Notes: a model not told the origin generated them from the sequence alone. A stretch of DNA of 61,774 bases from Acidimicrobiia bacterium (GCA_046537875.1 JBKHJZ010000003.1:1-61774), one strand, 5' to 3'. Positions 49,052-58,226 are shown, counted from the stretch's first letter. A program made the numbers and translations.

Positions 49052-49329
49052 CCCCGCTCGACGAGCTTGTTGAACGTGCTGTCGCCCCCGGCGGCCTTGC
49101 GCTCCTGGTAGAGGAGCGCGAGCCCCGAGTCGTCGAACTTCGCGAACCAGTCCTGCCAGGAGACCTCGTCGAGGTCGTCCTCGCCGGCACCGCCCGGGAA
49201 GTCGATCCGGAGCACGCCGACGTCGTCACCCGACCCGGTCCCCCTCACCCGGGCGGGATGGCCGCCGTGCTCCTCGACCCACCGGCGGATCTCCTCGTGA
49301 TCGGTGGTGGTTCTCGTGTCTGTGGCCAT
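49048..49329 (-). CDS. Small conserved hypothetical protein
   Basis: 93 aa, protein-like: MATDTRTTTDHEEIRRWVEEHGGHPARVRGTGSGDDVGVLRIDFPGG...LDEVSWQDWFAKFDDSGLALLYQERKAAGGDSTFNKLVER. I recall widespread bacterial homologues of unknown function. Confidence 0.6.
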   Translation of the reverse strand: MATDTRTTTDHEEIRRWVEEHGGHPARVRGTGSGDDVGVLRIDFPGGAGEDDLDEVSWQDWFAKFDDSGLALLYQERKAAGGDSTFNKLVERG

Positions 49330-49384
49330 GGATCGCGGCTACCCGCACAGCGACTGCGAAAACGGAGTGGCCGCCGTGCCGGCG

Positions 49385-49535
49385 CCATCGGGCGCGCAGG
49401 ATCAGGGGCCCTACCCGCCGACAACCGGGTCAGACGACCCCGGCCATCGCGCTGTCAAATGTGCCCTCATCGGCTGCAGGCGGGGTGACGGCGTCTGCCG
49501 GAACCGAGCTCCTCGTGACCAAGCGGGCGGATCGC
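49385..49535 (+). ncRNA. Possible ydaO/kimA-type (c-di-AMP) riboswitch-like leader of kup. Low confidence.
   Basis: Lies in the 229-nt leader. CGCAGGAUCAGGGGCCCUA (about 49395-49413) resembles CGCUUAAUC...GGGGACCCA. GGGGUGA, a CGGC-gucu-GCCG hairpin, then GAACCGAGCUCCUCGUGACCAAGCG (about 49481-49525) resembles GGGGUGAAUC...CCGAACCCG.CAGCUAACCUCGUAAGCG. The comparison is from memory of the motif only. Confidence 0.3.
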
Positions 49536-49558
49536 GGGCGGATACCGTTCCCGTCGCT

Positions 49559-51526
49559 ATGACGTCGGCAGCGAACGGTGGCACCGGCGCGGACGACACC
49601 GAGCCGGTCGACGCGGGCGCGCGCGGGGGTCCGGACATGCCTGCCGCCGGTGGTCCGGCCGCCGCCCTGGCGCTCGCCGCCCTGGGCGTGGTCTACGGCG
49701 ACATCGGGACCAGCCCGCTGTACGCGTTCCGGGAGTCGTTCACCGGGCACGGGCACGAGCTGGCGGTCAGCGACGCCAACGTGCTCGGCGTGCTGTCGCT
49801 GATCTTCTGGTCGCTCATCGTGATCATCAGCGTGAAGTACCTGGCCTTCGTCATGCGGGCCGACAACGACGGCGAGGGCGGCATCCTCGCCCTGACATCG
49901 CTGGTCACGCCGGAGGGCGTCACGGCGGGTCGGCGGCGCTGGCTGCTGGTGCTCATCGGCATCTTCGGCACGGCGCTGCTCTACGGCGACGGGATGATCA
50001 CCCCCGCCATCTCGGTGCTCTCGGCCGTGGAGGGCACGGAGGTGGCGACCGAGGCGTTCGAGCGCTGGGTGCTGCCGCTGGCGGTGGTGATCCTCGTCGG
50101 GCTCTTCGTGATCCAGCGGCGGGGCACGGCGTCGATCGGGCGGCTGTTCGGCCCGGTCATGGTGGTCTGGTTCGGCACGCTCGCCGTGCTGGGTCTGGTG
50201 CAGATCGTCGACCACCCCGGGATCTTCCGGGCCCTCGACCCGCTGCGCGGCGCCGAGTTCTTCGCCCACAACGGGTTCACGGGGTTCCTCGCCCTCGGGT
50301 CGGTGTTCCTGGTGGTCACGGGCGGCGAGGCCCTCTACGCCGACATGGGCCACTTCGGGCGCCGCCCGATCGCGCTCGGCTGGTTCTCGTTCGTGCTGCC
50401 CGCCCTCCTGCTCAACTACTTCGGGCAGGGCGCCATGCTGCTCGGCGACCCGGGCGCGGTCGAGAACCCGTTCTATCGCCTGGCCCCGGCCTGGGGCGTG
50501 CTGCCGCTGGTGGTCCTCGCCACGGCGGCGACCGTGATCGCCTCGCAGGCGCTCATCTCGGGGGCGTTCTCGCTGACCATGCAGGCGGTGCAGCTCGGCT
50601 ACTCGCCGCGGGTCGAGATCCGGCACACTTCGCCCACCGCGTTCGGGCAGATCTACGTGCCGGCCGTGAACTGGGGCCTGATGCTGGCGTGCATCGCGCT
50701 GGTCGTCGGCTTCGGCTCGTCCACGAACCTGGCGGCCGCCTACGGCGTGGCGGTCACGACCACGATGGTCGTGACCACCCTGCTCTTCTACGTGATCCTG
50801 CGCGAGCGGTTCGGCTGGAGCACGGGCGCCGCGGGTGCGCTGTGCGCCGGGTTCCTGACCGCCGAGCTCGGCTACTTCGGCGCCAACCTGTTCAAGGTGC
50901 CCGCCGGTGGCTGGTTCCCGCTCGTGGTGGGTGCCGTGGTGTTCGCGCTGCTCACCACGTGGCGCACGGGCCGGCGGCTGCTGGGGGAGCGCATCCGGGG
51001 CGGTGGCCAGCCGCTGGAGTCCTTCCTCGCCGACCTGTTCGCCGAGCGTCGGGGCGCCGAGCCGGTGTCGCGGGTGCCGGGGACCGCCGCCTTCCTGTCG
51101 TCGACCCCGGCGCTGGTCCCGCCGGCACTTGCCGCCAACGTGCGGTACAACCGCGTGCTGCATGCCACGGTGCTGACCGTCTCGGTCGTCACCGACGAGG
51201 TCCCCCGGGTGCCTCCCGCCGACCGCGCCGAGGTCCGCGACCTCGGCCACGGGGTCCACCAGGTGGTGCTCCACTACGGCTTCATGGAGGATCCCGACGT
51301 CCCCACCGGGCTGACCGAGGGCGCGGCCCGCCCCCTGCGCGTCCGGGCTGACGCGACCACCTACTTCCTCGGCGCCGAGTCGCTGCTCGTCACCAGGCGA
51401 CCCGGGATGGTCCGCTGGCGGGAGCACCTGTTCGCGCTGATGAGTCGCAACGCCACCAACGCGGCCGACTACTTCTCGCTGCCCCCCGAGGCCACGGTCA
51501 CGGTGGGGATGCGCATCGAGCTGTAG
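49559..51526 (+). CDS. kup: KUP/HAK/KT potassium uptake transporter
   Basis: LALAALGVVYGDIGTSPLYAFRESF... is the hallmark Kup N-terminus, followed by about 12 TM segments and a C-terminal cytoplasmic domain (...VPGTAAFLSSTP...VPPALAANVRYNRVLH...). ATG 49559 is preferred over track start 49304. Confidence 0.9.
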   Translation: MTSAANGGTGADDTEPVDAGARGGPDMPAAGGPAAALALAALGVVYGDIGTSPLYAFRESFTGHGHELAVSDANVLGVLSLIFWSLIVIISVKYLAFVMRADNDGEGGILALTSLVTPEGVTAGRRRWLLVLIGIFGTALLYGDGMITPAISVLSAVEGTEVATEAFERWVLPLAVVILVGLFVIQRRGTASIGRLFGPVMVVWFGTLAVLGLVQIVDHPGIFRALDPLRGAEFFAHNGFTGFLALGSVFLVVTGGEALYADMGHFGRRPIALGWFSFVLPALLLNYFGQGAMLLGDPGAVENPFYRLAPAWGVLPLVVLATAATVIASQALISGAFSLTMQAVQLGYSPRVEIRHTSPTAFGQIYVPAVNWGLMLACIALVVGFGSSTNLAAAYGVAVTTTMVVTTLLFYVILRERFGWSTGAAGALCAGFLTAELGYFGANLFKVPAGGWFPLVVGAVVFALLTTWRTGRRLLGERIRGGGQPLESFLADLFAERRGAEPVSRVPGTAAFLSSTPALVPPALAANVRYNRVLHATVLTVSVVTDEVPRVPPADRAEVRDLGHGVHQVVLHYGFMEDPDVPTGLTEGAARPLRVRADATTYFLGAESLLVTRRPGMVRWREHLFALMSRNATNAADYFSLPPEATVTVGMRIEL

Positions 51527-51581
51527 CCGGGGCGACGGGGCTGTCGCGGCCGGCGCATCCGGGCGGACCGGTCCGTGCGGG

Positions 51582-52586
51582 TCAGCCCCGCTTCCGCTCG
51601 TAGCGGTTGCGGAGCAGGATCGCGGTGGCGTTGGCGACCAGGACCATCGCCAGCAGCACGACGATGGCGGCCGCGGTGTTCGCCCGGAAGCCGGCGTCCG
51701 GCATGCCCGACCAGGCGGTGATGACCATCGGCATGGCCGTGAACCGGTCCTGGAGCGACCCGATGTCGAGGACGCCGGGGTCGGAGCCGAGCCGGTTCTG
51801 CACGGCCCCGACCAGGATCAGCGGCGCGGCCTCGCCGAGGGCCCGGGCGAGCGACAGGACGGTGCCGGTGAGGATGCCGGGCGCGGCGTAGGGGAGGACG
51901 TGGTCCCGGGTGACCTCCCAGCTCGTGGCTCCCACACCGAAGGCGGCCTCCCTGATCTCGGTGGGCACGGCCCTGATGGCCTCGGCCGAGGTGATGATCA
52001 CGATCGGGAGCACGAGCACCGCGAGGGTGACCCCCGCGGCGACCACCGTGCGGCCACCGGTGAGGCCGCCCAGCGCCTTCACGAAGATGGCGAACCCCAG
52101 GATCCCGTAGACGATCGACGGGACGCCGGCCAGGTTCCGGATGTTCACGTCGACCACGCGGGTCAGGCGGCTCGGCGGCGCGTACTCCTCGAGGTAGATG
52201 GCCGCGGCCACGCCGAGCGGGAACGCGAGGAGCACGACGAACACGCCGATCCAGAAGGTGCCCCGGAGCCCCTGGGAGATGCCGGCCTCGTCCGGGAGCG
52301 AGCGCAGGGTGCCTGACAGGAACCCGGGCAGGCGGGTGGTCAGCACGTCGGACCCGCCCGTGACGACGTCGACCACGAGGACGCCGAGGACGGCGAGGCT
52401 GAACGCCAGCCCGCCGAGGAGCGCGACCCGGAAGGCGGCGCCCGAGACGTCGGCCCGCCTCCCCGTCAGCTGACGGCGGACGGCGGCCGCACCGGTCTCG
52501 GCGGAGCGGGCGGGAGTGGACAGCACCGGGGGGCCTCCTGGAGGGCTAGTACCGCTGCCGGACCCGCCGCACGAACCGGTCGGCAA
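51582..52586 (-). CDS. pstA: Phosphate ABC transporter permease PstA
   Basis: ...GISQGLRGTFWIGVFVVLLAFPLGVAAAIYLEEYAP... and the EAA-like region ...AEAIRAVPTEIREAAFGVGATSWEVTR.... The start could instead be the GTG near 52526, which would avoid overlap with pstC. Confidence 0.85.
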   Translation of the reverse strand: MPTGSCGGSGSGTSPPGGPPVLSTPARSAETGAAAVRRQLTGRRADVSGAAFRVALLGGLAFSLAVLGVLVVDVVTGGSDVLTTRLPGFLSGTLRSLPDEAGISQGLRGTFWIGVFVVLLAFPLGVAAAIYLEEYAPPSRLTRVVDVNIRNLAGVPSIVYGILGFAIFVKALGGLTGGRTVVAAGVTLAVLVLPIVIITSAEAIRAVPTEIREAAFGVGATSWEVTRDHVLPYAAPGILTGTVLSLARALGEAAPLILVGAVQNRLGSDPGVLDIGSLQDRFTAMPMVITAWSGMPDAGFRANTAAAIVVLLAMVLVANATAILLRNRYERKRG

Positions 52587-53499
52587 CGAGGTTGAGCGTC
52601 AGCGTGATGGCGAACAGGACGATGCCGACGAAGAACAGGCTCTGGAACGTGAGCCCGGCGCCGACCACGCTGTCGGTGCCGGCGGCGAGCGACGCCATGC
52701 CCGCGGTCATGGTGAGGCCGGGTTGGAAGGGGTCGGTCTCGAACAGCGCCCCGCCGCTGCGCCCTGCGGCGATGTAGACCACCATCGTCTCGCCGATCGC
52801 CCGGGCGAACGCGATGAGCAGCGCGGCGACGAGCCCGGAGACGGCGGCCGGGATGACCACCCGGACGGTCGTCGTGACCTTCTTGGCGCCGAGCCCGTAC
52901 GACGCCTCGCGCAACGACCGTGGCACCGCCCGCATCGCGTCCTCGGATATCGATGCCACCAACGGGATGATCAGCACCCCGACGCCGAGGCCGGCGGCCA
53001 TCATCGTCTGCTGGGGAGCGGTGTCCCGGATGCGCTGCACGACCTCCGGACCGATCCAGGTGAGGGCGAAGAAGCCCACCACCACGCTGGGGATGCCGGC
53101 GAGGATCTCGAGGATCGGCTTCAGCCAGCGCCTGACACGCGGGCTCGCGTACTCGGACAGGTAGACCGCAGCGCCCAGGCCGACCGGCACGGCGATGATC
53201 ATCGCCACGACCGTGACCAGAAGGCTGCCCACGATCAGCGTGCGGATGTCGTACAGGCCACGCCGCGGGAACCAGCCGTCGGTCCACACGGTCGCCCACT
53301 CGACCTGGGAGACGAACGTCCAGGCCTCGCGCAGCAGCGAGAACACGATCAGCGCGCTGATGACGACCGACATCGTGGCGGCCGCCAGGAAGACCCGGCG
53401 CACGGCGCGGTCGCGCCGACGGCGGCGGCCATCACCCCGCAGGCTGTCGAGGGTGATCGGTGCAGCGACGGTGGCGTGGCTCACGGATGCGCCTCCCAT
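52546..53499 (-). CDS. pstC: Phosphate ABC transporter permease PstC
   Basis: ...LIVGSLLVTVVAMIIAVPVGLGAAVYLSEYASPRVRRWLKPILEILAGIPSVVVGFFAL... and SEDAMRAVPRSLREASYGLGAKKVTT. Confidence 0.9.
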   Translation of the reverse strand: MGGASVSHATVAAPITLDSLRGDGRRRRRDRAVRRVFLAAATMSVVISALIVFSLLREAWTFVSQVEWATVWTDGWFPRRGLYDIRTLIVGSLLVTVVAMIIAVPVGLGAAVYLSEYASPRVRRWLKPILEILAGIPSVVVGFFALTWIGPEVVQRIRDTAPQQTMMAAGLGVGVLIIPLVASISEDAMRAVPRSLREASYGLGAKKVTTTVRVVIPAAVSGLVAALLIAFARAIGETMVVYIAAGRSGGALFETDPFQPGLTMTAGMASLAAGTDSVVGAGLTFQSLFFVGIVLFAITLTLNLVADRFVRRVRQRY

Positions 53500-53581
53500 G
53501 ACGTGGTCCGGGTTCGCGGGCGACCTGCTGGCGCGACGTGGCCGGGGGCCGGTTCGGCCGGCCCCCGGCCGGAGGTCACGG

Positions 53582-54640
53582 TCAGCCGCCGTCGCGGGTA
53601 CCGGTCTCCCGGGCCTCCCACACCTCGCGGGTCTCCGCGATCGACTCGCCGTCGAGGTCGATGTACCCCACGTCGCCCACCGCGGCGAGGCCCTCGTCGC
53701 TGAGGTAGAAGTCGATGAGCTGGACCAGGGCCGGGTTCTCCTCGAGCTTCTCGACGTTCGGGTAGATGTACAGGTCCCGGGCGATCGGGTACGACCCGTC
53801 GGCCACGGTCTCCTCCGTCGGGGCGATGCACTCGCCCCCCGGCTCCTCGCTCACCGCCAGTTGCTTCACGGCGTCACCGGCTTCGATGGCGTACGCGTAG
53901 CCGACCCACCCGAACGAGCTGTCGCTGCCCTCGATGCCCTGGATGATCACGTTGTCGTCCGCCGACGACTGGTAGTCGGGCCGCGACTCCGGTTCCTGGC
54001 TGCGCTCCTCGGCGATCCCCTCGATGACGATCTCCACGAAGCTGTCATAGGTTCCCGACTCCTCGCCGGGCGCCGTGATGTCGAGCGGCGCATCGGGGAG
54101 CTCGGTGTCCGAACCGAGCTCGGCGGCGAGGTCGCCGGCGTCGGCCCAGGTGGAGAAGCCCTGTGACTCGGGCCCCACGAGGGCGTACATGTCGGCGAAG
54201 CTCAGGCACTCGATGTCGTTCGCCGGGTTGGTGAGCACGCTGAGGCCGTCGATGGCGATCTTGAGCTCGATGTACCTGATGCCGTTCGCCTCGCAGGTCT
54301 CCACCTCCTCGGCGGAGATCGGCCGGGAGGCGTCGGAGATGTCGGTCTCGCCCTCGCAGAAGAGCGCGAAGCCGTCGCCGGTGCCGGGGCCGTCGACGTT
54401 GACCCGGGCGTCCGGAGCCACCTCCTCGAACAGCTCGGCGACGCGGGTGGTGACCGGGGCGACGGTGGAGGACCCGGACACGTCGACCGTGCCGGACATC
54501 TCGTCACCGTCCGAGGCGGCCCCCGAGCCGCCGCCGTCGCTGCCGGTGGCTGCGTCGTCGTCACCGCACGCGGCGGCGATCAGCGCGAGGGCGAGCGGGA
54601 GGGCGAGCAGACGCATCGAGCGTCGCTGTGCGAGTCGCAC
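53582..54640 (-). CDS. pstS: Phosphate ABC transporter substrate-binding lipoprotein, PstS family
   Basis: Lipobox ALIAAACG, then VDVSGSSTVAPVT...VDGPGTGDGFALFCEGETDISDASRPI.... The GTG at 54640 is preceded by AAGGAGA at good spacing and is preferred over track start 54694. Confidence 0.85.
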   Translation of the reverse strand: MRLAQRRSMRLLALPLALALIAAACGDDDAATGSDGGGSGAASDGDEMSGTVDVSGSSTVAPVTTRVAELFEEVAPDARVNVDGPGTGDGFALFCEGETDISDASRPISAEEVETCEANGIRYIELKIAIDGLSVLTNPANDIECLSFADMYALVGPESQGFSTWADAGDLAAELGSDTELPDAPLDITAPGEESGTYDSFVEIVIEGIAEERSQEPESRPDYQSSADDNVIIQGIEGSDSSFGWVGYAYAIEAGDAVKQLAVSEEPGGECIAPTEETVADGSYPIARDLYIYPNVEKLEENPALVQLIDFYLSDEGLAAVGDVGYIDLDGESIAETREVWEARETGTRDGG

Positions 54641-54709
54641 GGATGTCTCCTTGTTCGTCGTGGTGATGCCACGCGGAACGTACGGGTGCGACATGGCCGC
54701 CCAGCGGGG

Positions 54710-54731
54710 AGGCGGTGACGGGCCGGTGAAT
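54710..54731 (-). promoter_or_regulatory. Candidate PHO box (two 11-nt direct repeats) upstream of pstS
   Basis: On the minus strand: ATTCACCGGCC CGTCACCGCCT. These are two adjacent 11-nt units with a (G/T)TCACC core, about 70-90 nt upstream of the pstS GTG. They resemble actinobacterial PhoP direct-repeat units (G[GT]TCAYYYR[GC]G). Confidence 0.35.
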
Positions 54732-54831
54732 GCCCGGCGAAATGTGGGTCCCAGCGTTCGGGATCGCGGCGGTGCGCCGGCGGTCGCAGGGGCCGCCGGG
54801 TCTCGGCGGCGGCGGGTCGTCCGCTAGTCGC

Positions 54832-55278
54832 TCACGCCCTGCGCATCTCGCCGCCGTGCGCGGTGAGGGCCCAGATCACGAACCCGTCGATGGCGATGAT
54901 GGTGAGGGCCCACACGGGATACGCGGGCATGTAGAGGAAGTGGGCGACGAGGCTCACGCCGGCGATGACCACCGCGACGGCTCGGGCGAGGACGTTGCCG
55001 CTCAGCACCCCGATGCCCGCCAGGAGCACGGCGGCGCCGACCCCGAGGTGCACCCAGCCCCAGGTCGTGAGGTCGAGGTAGAGGTCACCCCGGTTCGTGA
55101 ACACCACCCACTCGTCGTTCACGATGGCCACGAGGCCGTGGAGGACGTTCAGCGTCCCGGCGATGATCATCATCACCGAGGCGAAGTAGATCCACCCGAC
55201 CCAGCCCGTCCGCGACGGGTAGGTGTCGGCCGCCGCGGTCGTCCTCGCGGCCGGCTCGTGAGAGACATCACTGGCCAT
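54832..55278 (-). CDS. Conserved 4-TM membrane protein of unknown function
   Basis: 148 aa. ...TGWVGWIYFASVMMIIAGTLNVLHGLVAIVNDEWVVF...LTTWGWVHLGVGAAVLLAGIGVL...AVVIAGVSLVAHFLYMPAYPVWALTIIAIDGFVIWAL. I recall actinobacterial homologues but cannot name the family confidently. Confidence 0.6.
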   Translation of the reverse strand: MASDVSHEPAARTTAAADTYPSRTGWVGWIYFASVMMIIAGTLNVLHGLVAIVNDEWVVFTNRGDLYLDLTTWGWVHLGVGAAVLLAGIGVLSGNVLARAVAVVIAGVSLVAHFLYMPAYPVWALTIIAIDGFVIWALTAHGGEMRRA

Positions 55279-55437
55279 GGTCCTTCTCCCTTCGGTGGTG
55301 CCATGCCTGTCCGGCGTCCCGCACCGGGCGCGGGGCTTCTACCCCGAGCGCTCGCCCCGCCGTCACGGGAGTTCGCGGTTGCCAGGATTCGTCACCCGCG
55401 GGCGTCAGGGACTCATCACCCGCGGGCCTAGCCTGTC

Positions 55438-57135
55438 GTGGTGACATCCGGCGGACAGGCCGAAGCGGCGGTACCGCTGCTGGAGGCCGCAGAGCAGGCG
55501 ATCGCCGGTGGAGACTACGACCGTGCGCTCGCCTCCGCCCGGGCCGCCGTCGACGCCGGTGGACGGGGCCCCGCCCACTACCTGCTGGCCGGGGCGCTCT
55601 ACGTCGACGACCGGTTCACCGACGCCCGCCAGCACTGGGAGGCGGCCTTCCGGCTGCTCCGCGAGGACGGCGACCTCCGCACCGCGGCGCGCGCCGCCAT
55701 GTGGATCGCCGAGCTGCACGCGAGCGAGCTGGGTCATCCCTCGGCCGCGCAGGGCTGGCTCGAACGGGCCCGGATGCTGCTCGACCGGGCCGGGCCGTGC
55801 GTCGAGTGGGGCTACCTCGAGCTGGCCGTGCTCGCGTGCGACCGGCCCGACACCGCCGACCTGCTCGCCAGTGCCGAGCGGGCGCTCACGATCGCCCACC
55901 GGTTCGCCGACCCGGGTCTCGAGGCGCAGGCACTCGCCGACGCCGGGCTCGCCCTGGTGTCGCAGGGTCGCACGAAGGAGGGCTTCGTCCGCCTCGATGC
56001 GGCGATGGCCGCGGTCGCCGCCGGCGAAGCCGGCCCCGAGACCGCCGGCATCTGCCTGTGCTCGATGCTCACCGCCTGCGACCGCACCGGGGACGTCGCC
56101 CGAGCCGAGGAGTGGACGCAGCTCATCCGGTCGGCCGTGCTCGACCCGGCGGGGCGTCCCAAGGTGCTGGGGACCCACTGCCGGGTGGCGTACGGCTCGG
56201 TGCTGTGCGCCGCCGGACGCTGGACCGAGGCCGAGGCCCTGATGCTGGAGGCCCGCGGCCCCGCCGACGCCCCGAACCCCGGCCACGCGGCGCTCACCGC
56301 CGCACACCTTGCAAACCTCCGCATCGAGCAGGGCCGGATCGACGAGGCCGCGGAGCTGCTCGCCCCCTACGAGGACCACGTCACGAGCTGCGGTCCGCTC
56401 GCCCGCGTCCATGTGCACCGGGGTGAGCTCGACCTGGCGGGAGCCGTGCTGCGCCGGGGCGTGCGCGAGCTGGTCGGCGACGTCCTCCGGGGCGGGCCGC
56501 TGCTCGCACTGCTCGTGGAGGTGGAGCTGCGGCGCGGCGGGGTGGACTCCGCCGCGTCGGCTGCGGATGAGTTGACCGCGATGGCGGCCGACGTGGACGT
56601 CCCGGCGGTGCACGCCGAGGCCGCCGTCGCCCGGGCGCGGGTCCGTCGTGCCACCGGCGACGCCGCCGGGGCCGTCGCGTCGCTGCGCGAGGCGGTGGCA
56701 CACCTCGCTGGCACCGAGCGCCCGCTCGCTCTCGGCACGGTCCGCCTGGAGCTGGCCGAGGTGCTCGCGGGTGCCGGTGACGTCCCCGCCGCCATCGTCG
56801 AGGGCCGCGCCGCCCTGGCGTGCTTCGAGCGCCTGGGGGCCACCGGCGCACGCGACCGGGCGTCCGCCCTGCTGCGCGACCTCGGCGACACGGGGCGCGC
56901 CCGGCCGCGGACGCAGGGGGAGCTCGCCGGTGCCCTCACCCGGCGGGAGCGCGAGGTGCTCGCCCTCGTCAGCCAGGGCCTGAGCAACGCAGCGATCGCC
57001 GAACGGCTGTACATCTCGCCGAAGACCGCCGAGCACCACGTCGGCCGCATCCTCGCCAAGCTGGGGGTGCGCAGCCGGGCGGAGGCCGCCGCGCTCGCGG
57101 TGCGCCTCTCGGCCGGCACGGCCCCGGGCCGGTAG
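55438..57135 (+). CDS. LuxR-family transcriptional regulator with TPR-like helical N-terminal region (no NTPase domain seen)
   Basis: C-terminal LuxR HTH: LTRREREVLALVSQGLSNAAIAERLYISPKTAEHHVGRILAKLGVRSRAEAA. The upstream about 480 aa are Ala/Leu-rich helical repeats. No Walker A motif was noticed. Confidence 0.8.
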   Translation: MVTSGGQAEAAVPLLEAAEQAIAGGDYDRALASARAAVDAGGRGPAHYLLAGALYVDDRFTDARQHWEAAFRLLREDGDLRTAARAAMWIAELHASELGHPSAAQGWLERARMLLDRAGPCVEWGYLELAVLACDRPDTADLLASAERALTIAHRFADPGLEAQALADAGLALVSQGRTKEGFVRLDAAMAAVAAGEAGPETAGICLCSMLTACDRTGDVARAEEWTQLIRSAVLDPAGRPKVLGTHCRVAYGSVLCAAGRWTEAEALMLEARGPADAPNPGHAALTAAHLANLRIEQGRIDEAAELLAPYEDHVTSCGPLARVHVHRGELDLAGAVLRRGVRELVGDVLRGGPLLALLVEVELRRGGVDSAASAADELTAMAADVDVPAVHAEAAVARARVRRATGDAAGAVASLREAVAHLAGTERPLALGTVRLELAEVLAGAGDVPAAIVEGRAALACFERLGATGARDRASALLRDLGDTGRARPRTQGELAGALTRREREVLALVSQGLSNAAIAERLYISPKTAEHHVGRILAKLGVRSRAEAAALAVRLSAGTAPGR

Positions 57136-57289
57136 ACCCCGGGGCCCGCCCGCAGCGCGCCGGCCGCATCCGTCACGGAAATGGGGGTGGGCATCGGGGT
57201 TCCGCCCGATGACGGTCGGGGCCGGACAGGCGACGCTGCCCTCGACGACCGCGGCACCCCCGCCGCAGCGATTCCCAGGAGGAGCCACC

Positions 57290-58057
57290 GTGCACACCAA
57301 GGTCGACGAGATCGCCCCCGACGTGTTCCGCCTCTCGACACTCGTGCAGGACGCCGCCCCCGGCGGGTTCACGTTCAACCAGTTCCTCGTGCGGGACGAG
57401 CAGCCGTTCCTGTTCCACACGGGGATGCGCCAGCTCTACCCGCTCGTGTCCGAGGCCATCGCCCGGATCGTGCCGCTGGCGGATCTGCGGTGGATCTCGT
57501 TCGCCCACGTCGAGGCCGACGAGTCGGGGGCGATGAACCTGCTGCTCGCCGACGCACCCGAGGCACGCGTCGTGCACGGGCCCCTCGCGTGCGCGGTGTC
57601 GCTGAACGACCTGGCGGACCGGCCGCCCGTCGCGATCGGCGACGACCCCCTGGAGCTCGGACGGCACCGGCTGCGCTTCATCGCCACGCCGCACGTCCCC
57701 CACGGCTGGGAGAGCGGGCTCTGGTTCGACGAGTCGACCCGCACCCTGTTCAGCGGCGACCTGTTCTCCCAGGTGGGCGACGGACCGGCCATCACCGAGG
57801 ACGACATCGTCGAACCGGCACTGGCCGCCGAGCAGGTGTTCCACTCGACCGCGCTCACCCCGACGCTCGGCACGACGCTGGAGCAGCTCGCCGGGCTCTC
57901 ACCGACGACGCTCGCCGTCATGCACGGGTCGTCGTTCCGCGGCGACGGCGCCACGCAGCTCCGTGCGCTCGCCGCGGGCTACGCCGCCATGGCGGCCGAG
58001 GCCGCACCCGGCGCGGGTTCCGGCGTGGCCGTGGATGCGTCCGGATCGCCGGCTTGA
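57290..58057 (+). CDS. Metallo-beta-lactamase-fold protein, di-iron (flavodiiron/ODP)-like subtype
   Basis: The GTG at 57290 is preceded by AGGAGGAG. ...FRLSTLV...GFTFNQFLVRDEQPFLFHTG...ISFAHVEADESGAMN (H-x-E-x-D-E in place of the hydrolase HxHxDH)...FIATPHVPHGWESGLWFDE...LFSGDLF. Confidence 0.7.
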   Translation: MHTKVDEIAPDVFRLSTLVQDAAPGGFTFNQFLVRDEQPFLFHTGMRQLYPLVSEAIARIVPLADLRWISFAHVEADESGAMNLLLADAPEARVVHGPLACAVSLNDLADRPPVAIGDDPLELGRHRLRFIATPHVPHGWESGLWFDESTRTLFSGDLFSQVGDGPAITEDDIVEPALAAEQVFHSTALTPTLGTTLEQLAGLSPTTLAVMHGSSFRGDGATQLRALAAGYAAMAAEAAPGAGSGVAVDASGSPA

Positions 58058-58226
58058 CCGGCGTGCGGAGGGGGAGGACCTTCTCCCCGTCGGTCCGCAG
58101 GGACTGCTCCCGATCGGGCCCCACCTGCTGGACGGTGACCCTGTCGTAGCCGGCGTCGTCGAACATGCGGATGGACCGTACGTGCTCCTCGGTGGCCGTG
58201 GTGGGCGGGCGGCCGGCGGGACGCGG

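Noticed and set aside
58071-58088. Hairpin GGGGAG-gacctt-CTCCCC just after the MBL gene stop. I considered it as a terminator.
   Set aside because: The stem is only 6 bp and no T-run follows it. That is too weak to call.
58100-58226. Minus-strand stretch ...TATEEHVRSIRMFDDAGYDRVTVQQVG... resembling the C-terminal motif of GNAT acetyltransferases. It lies in frame directly after the TAG of the acidic small ORF, in the 169-nt gap after the MBL gene.
   Set aside because: Only about 35 residues resemble anything. There is no upstream GNAT body, and the continuation overlaps the MBL gene as Arg-rich sequence. It may be a gene remnant, but I cannot support it without a database search.
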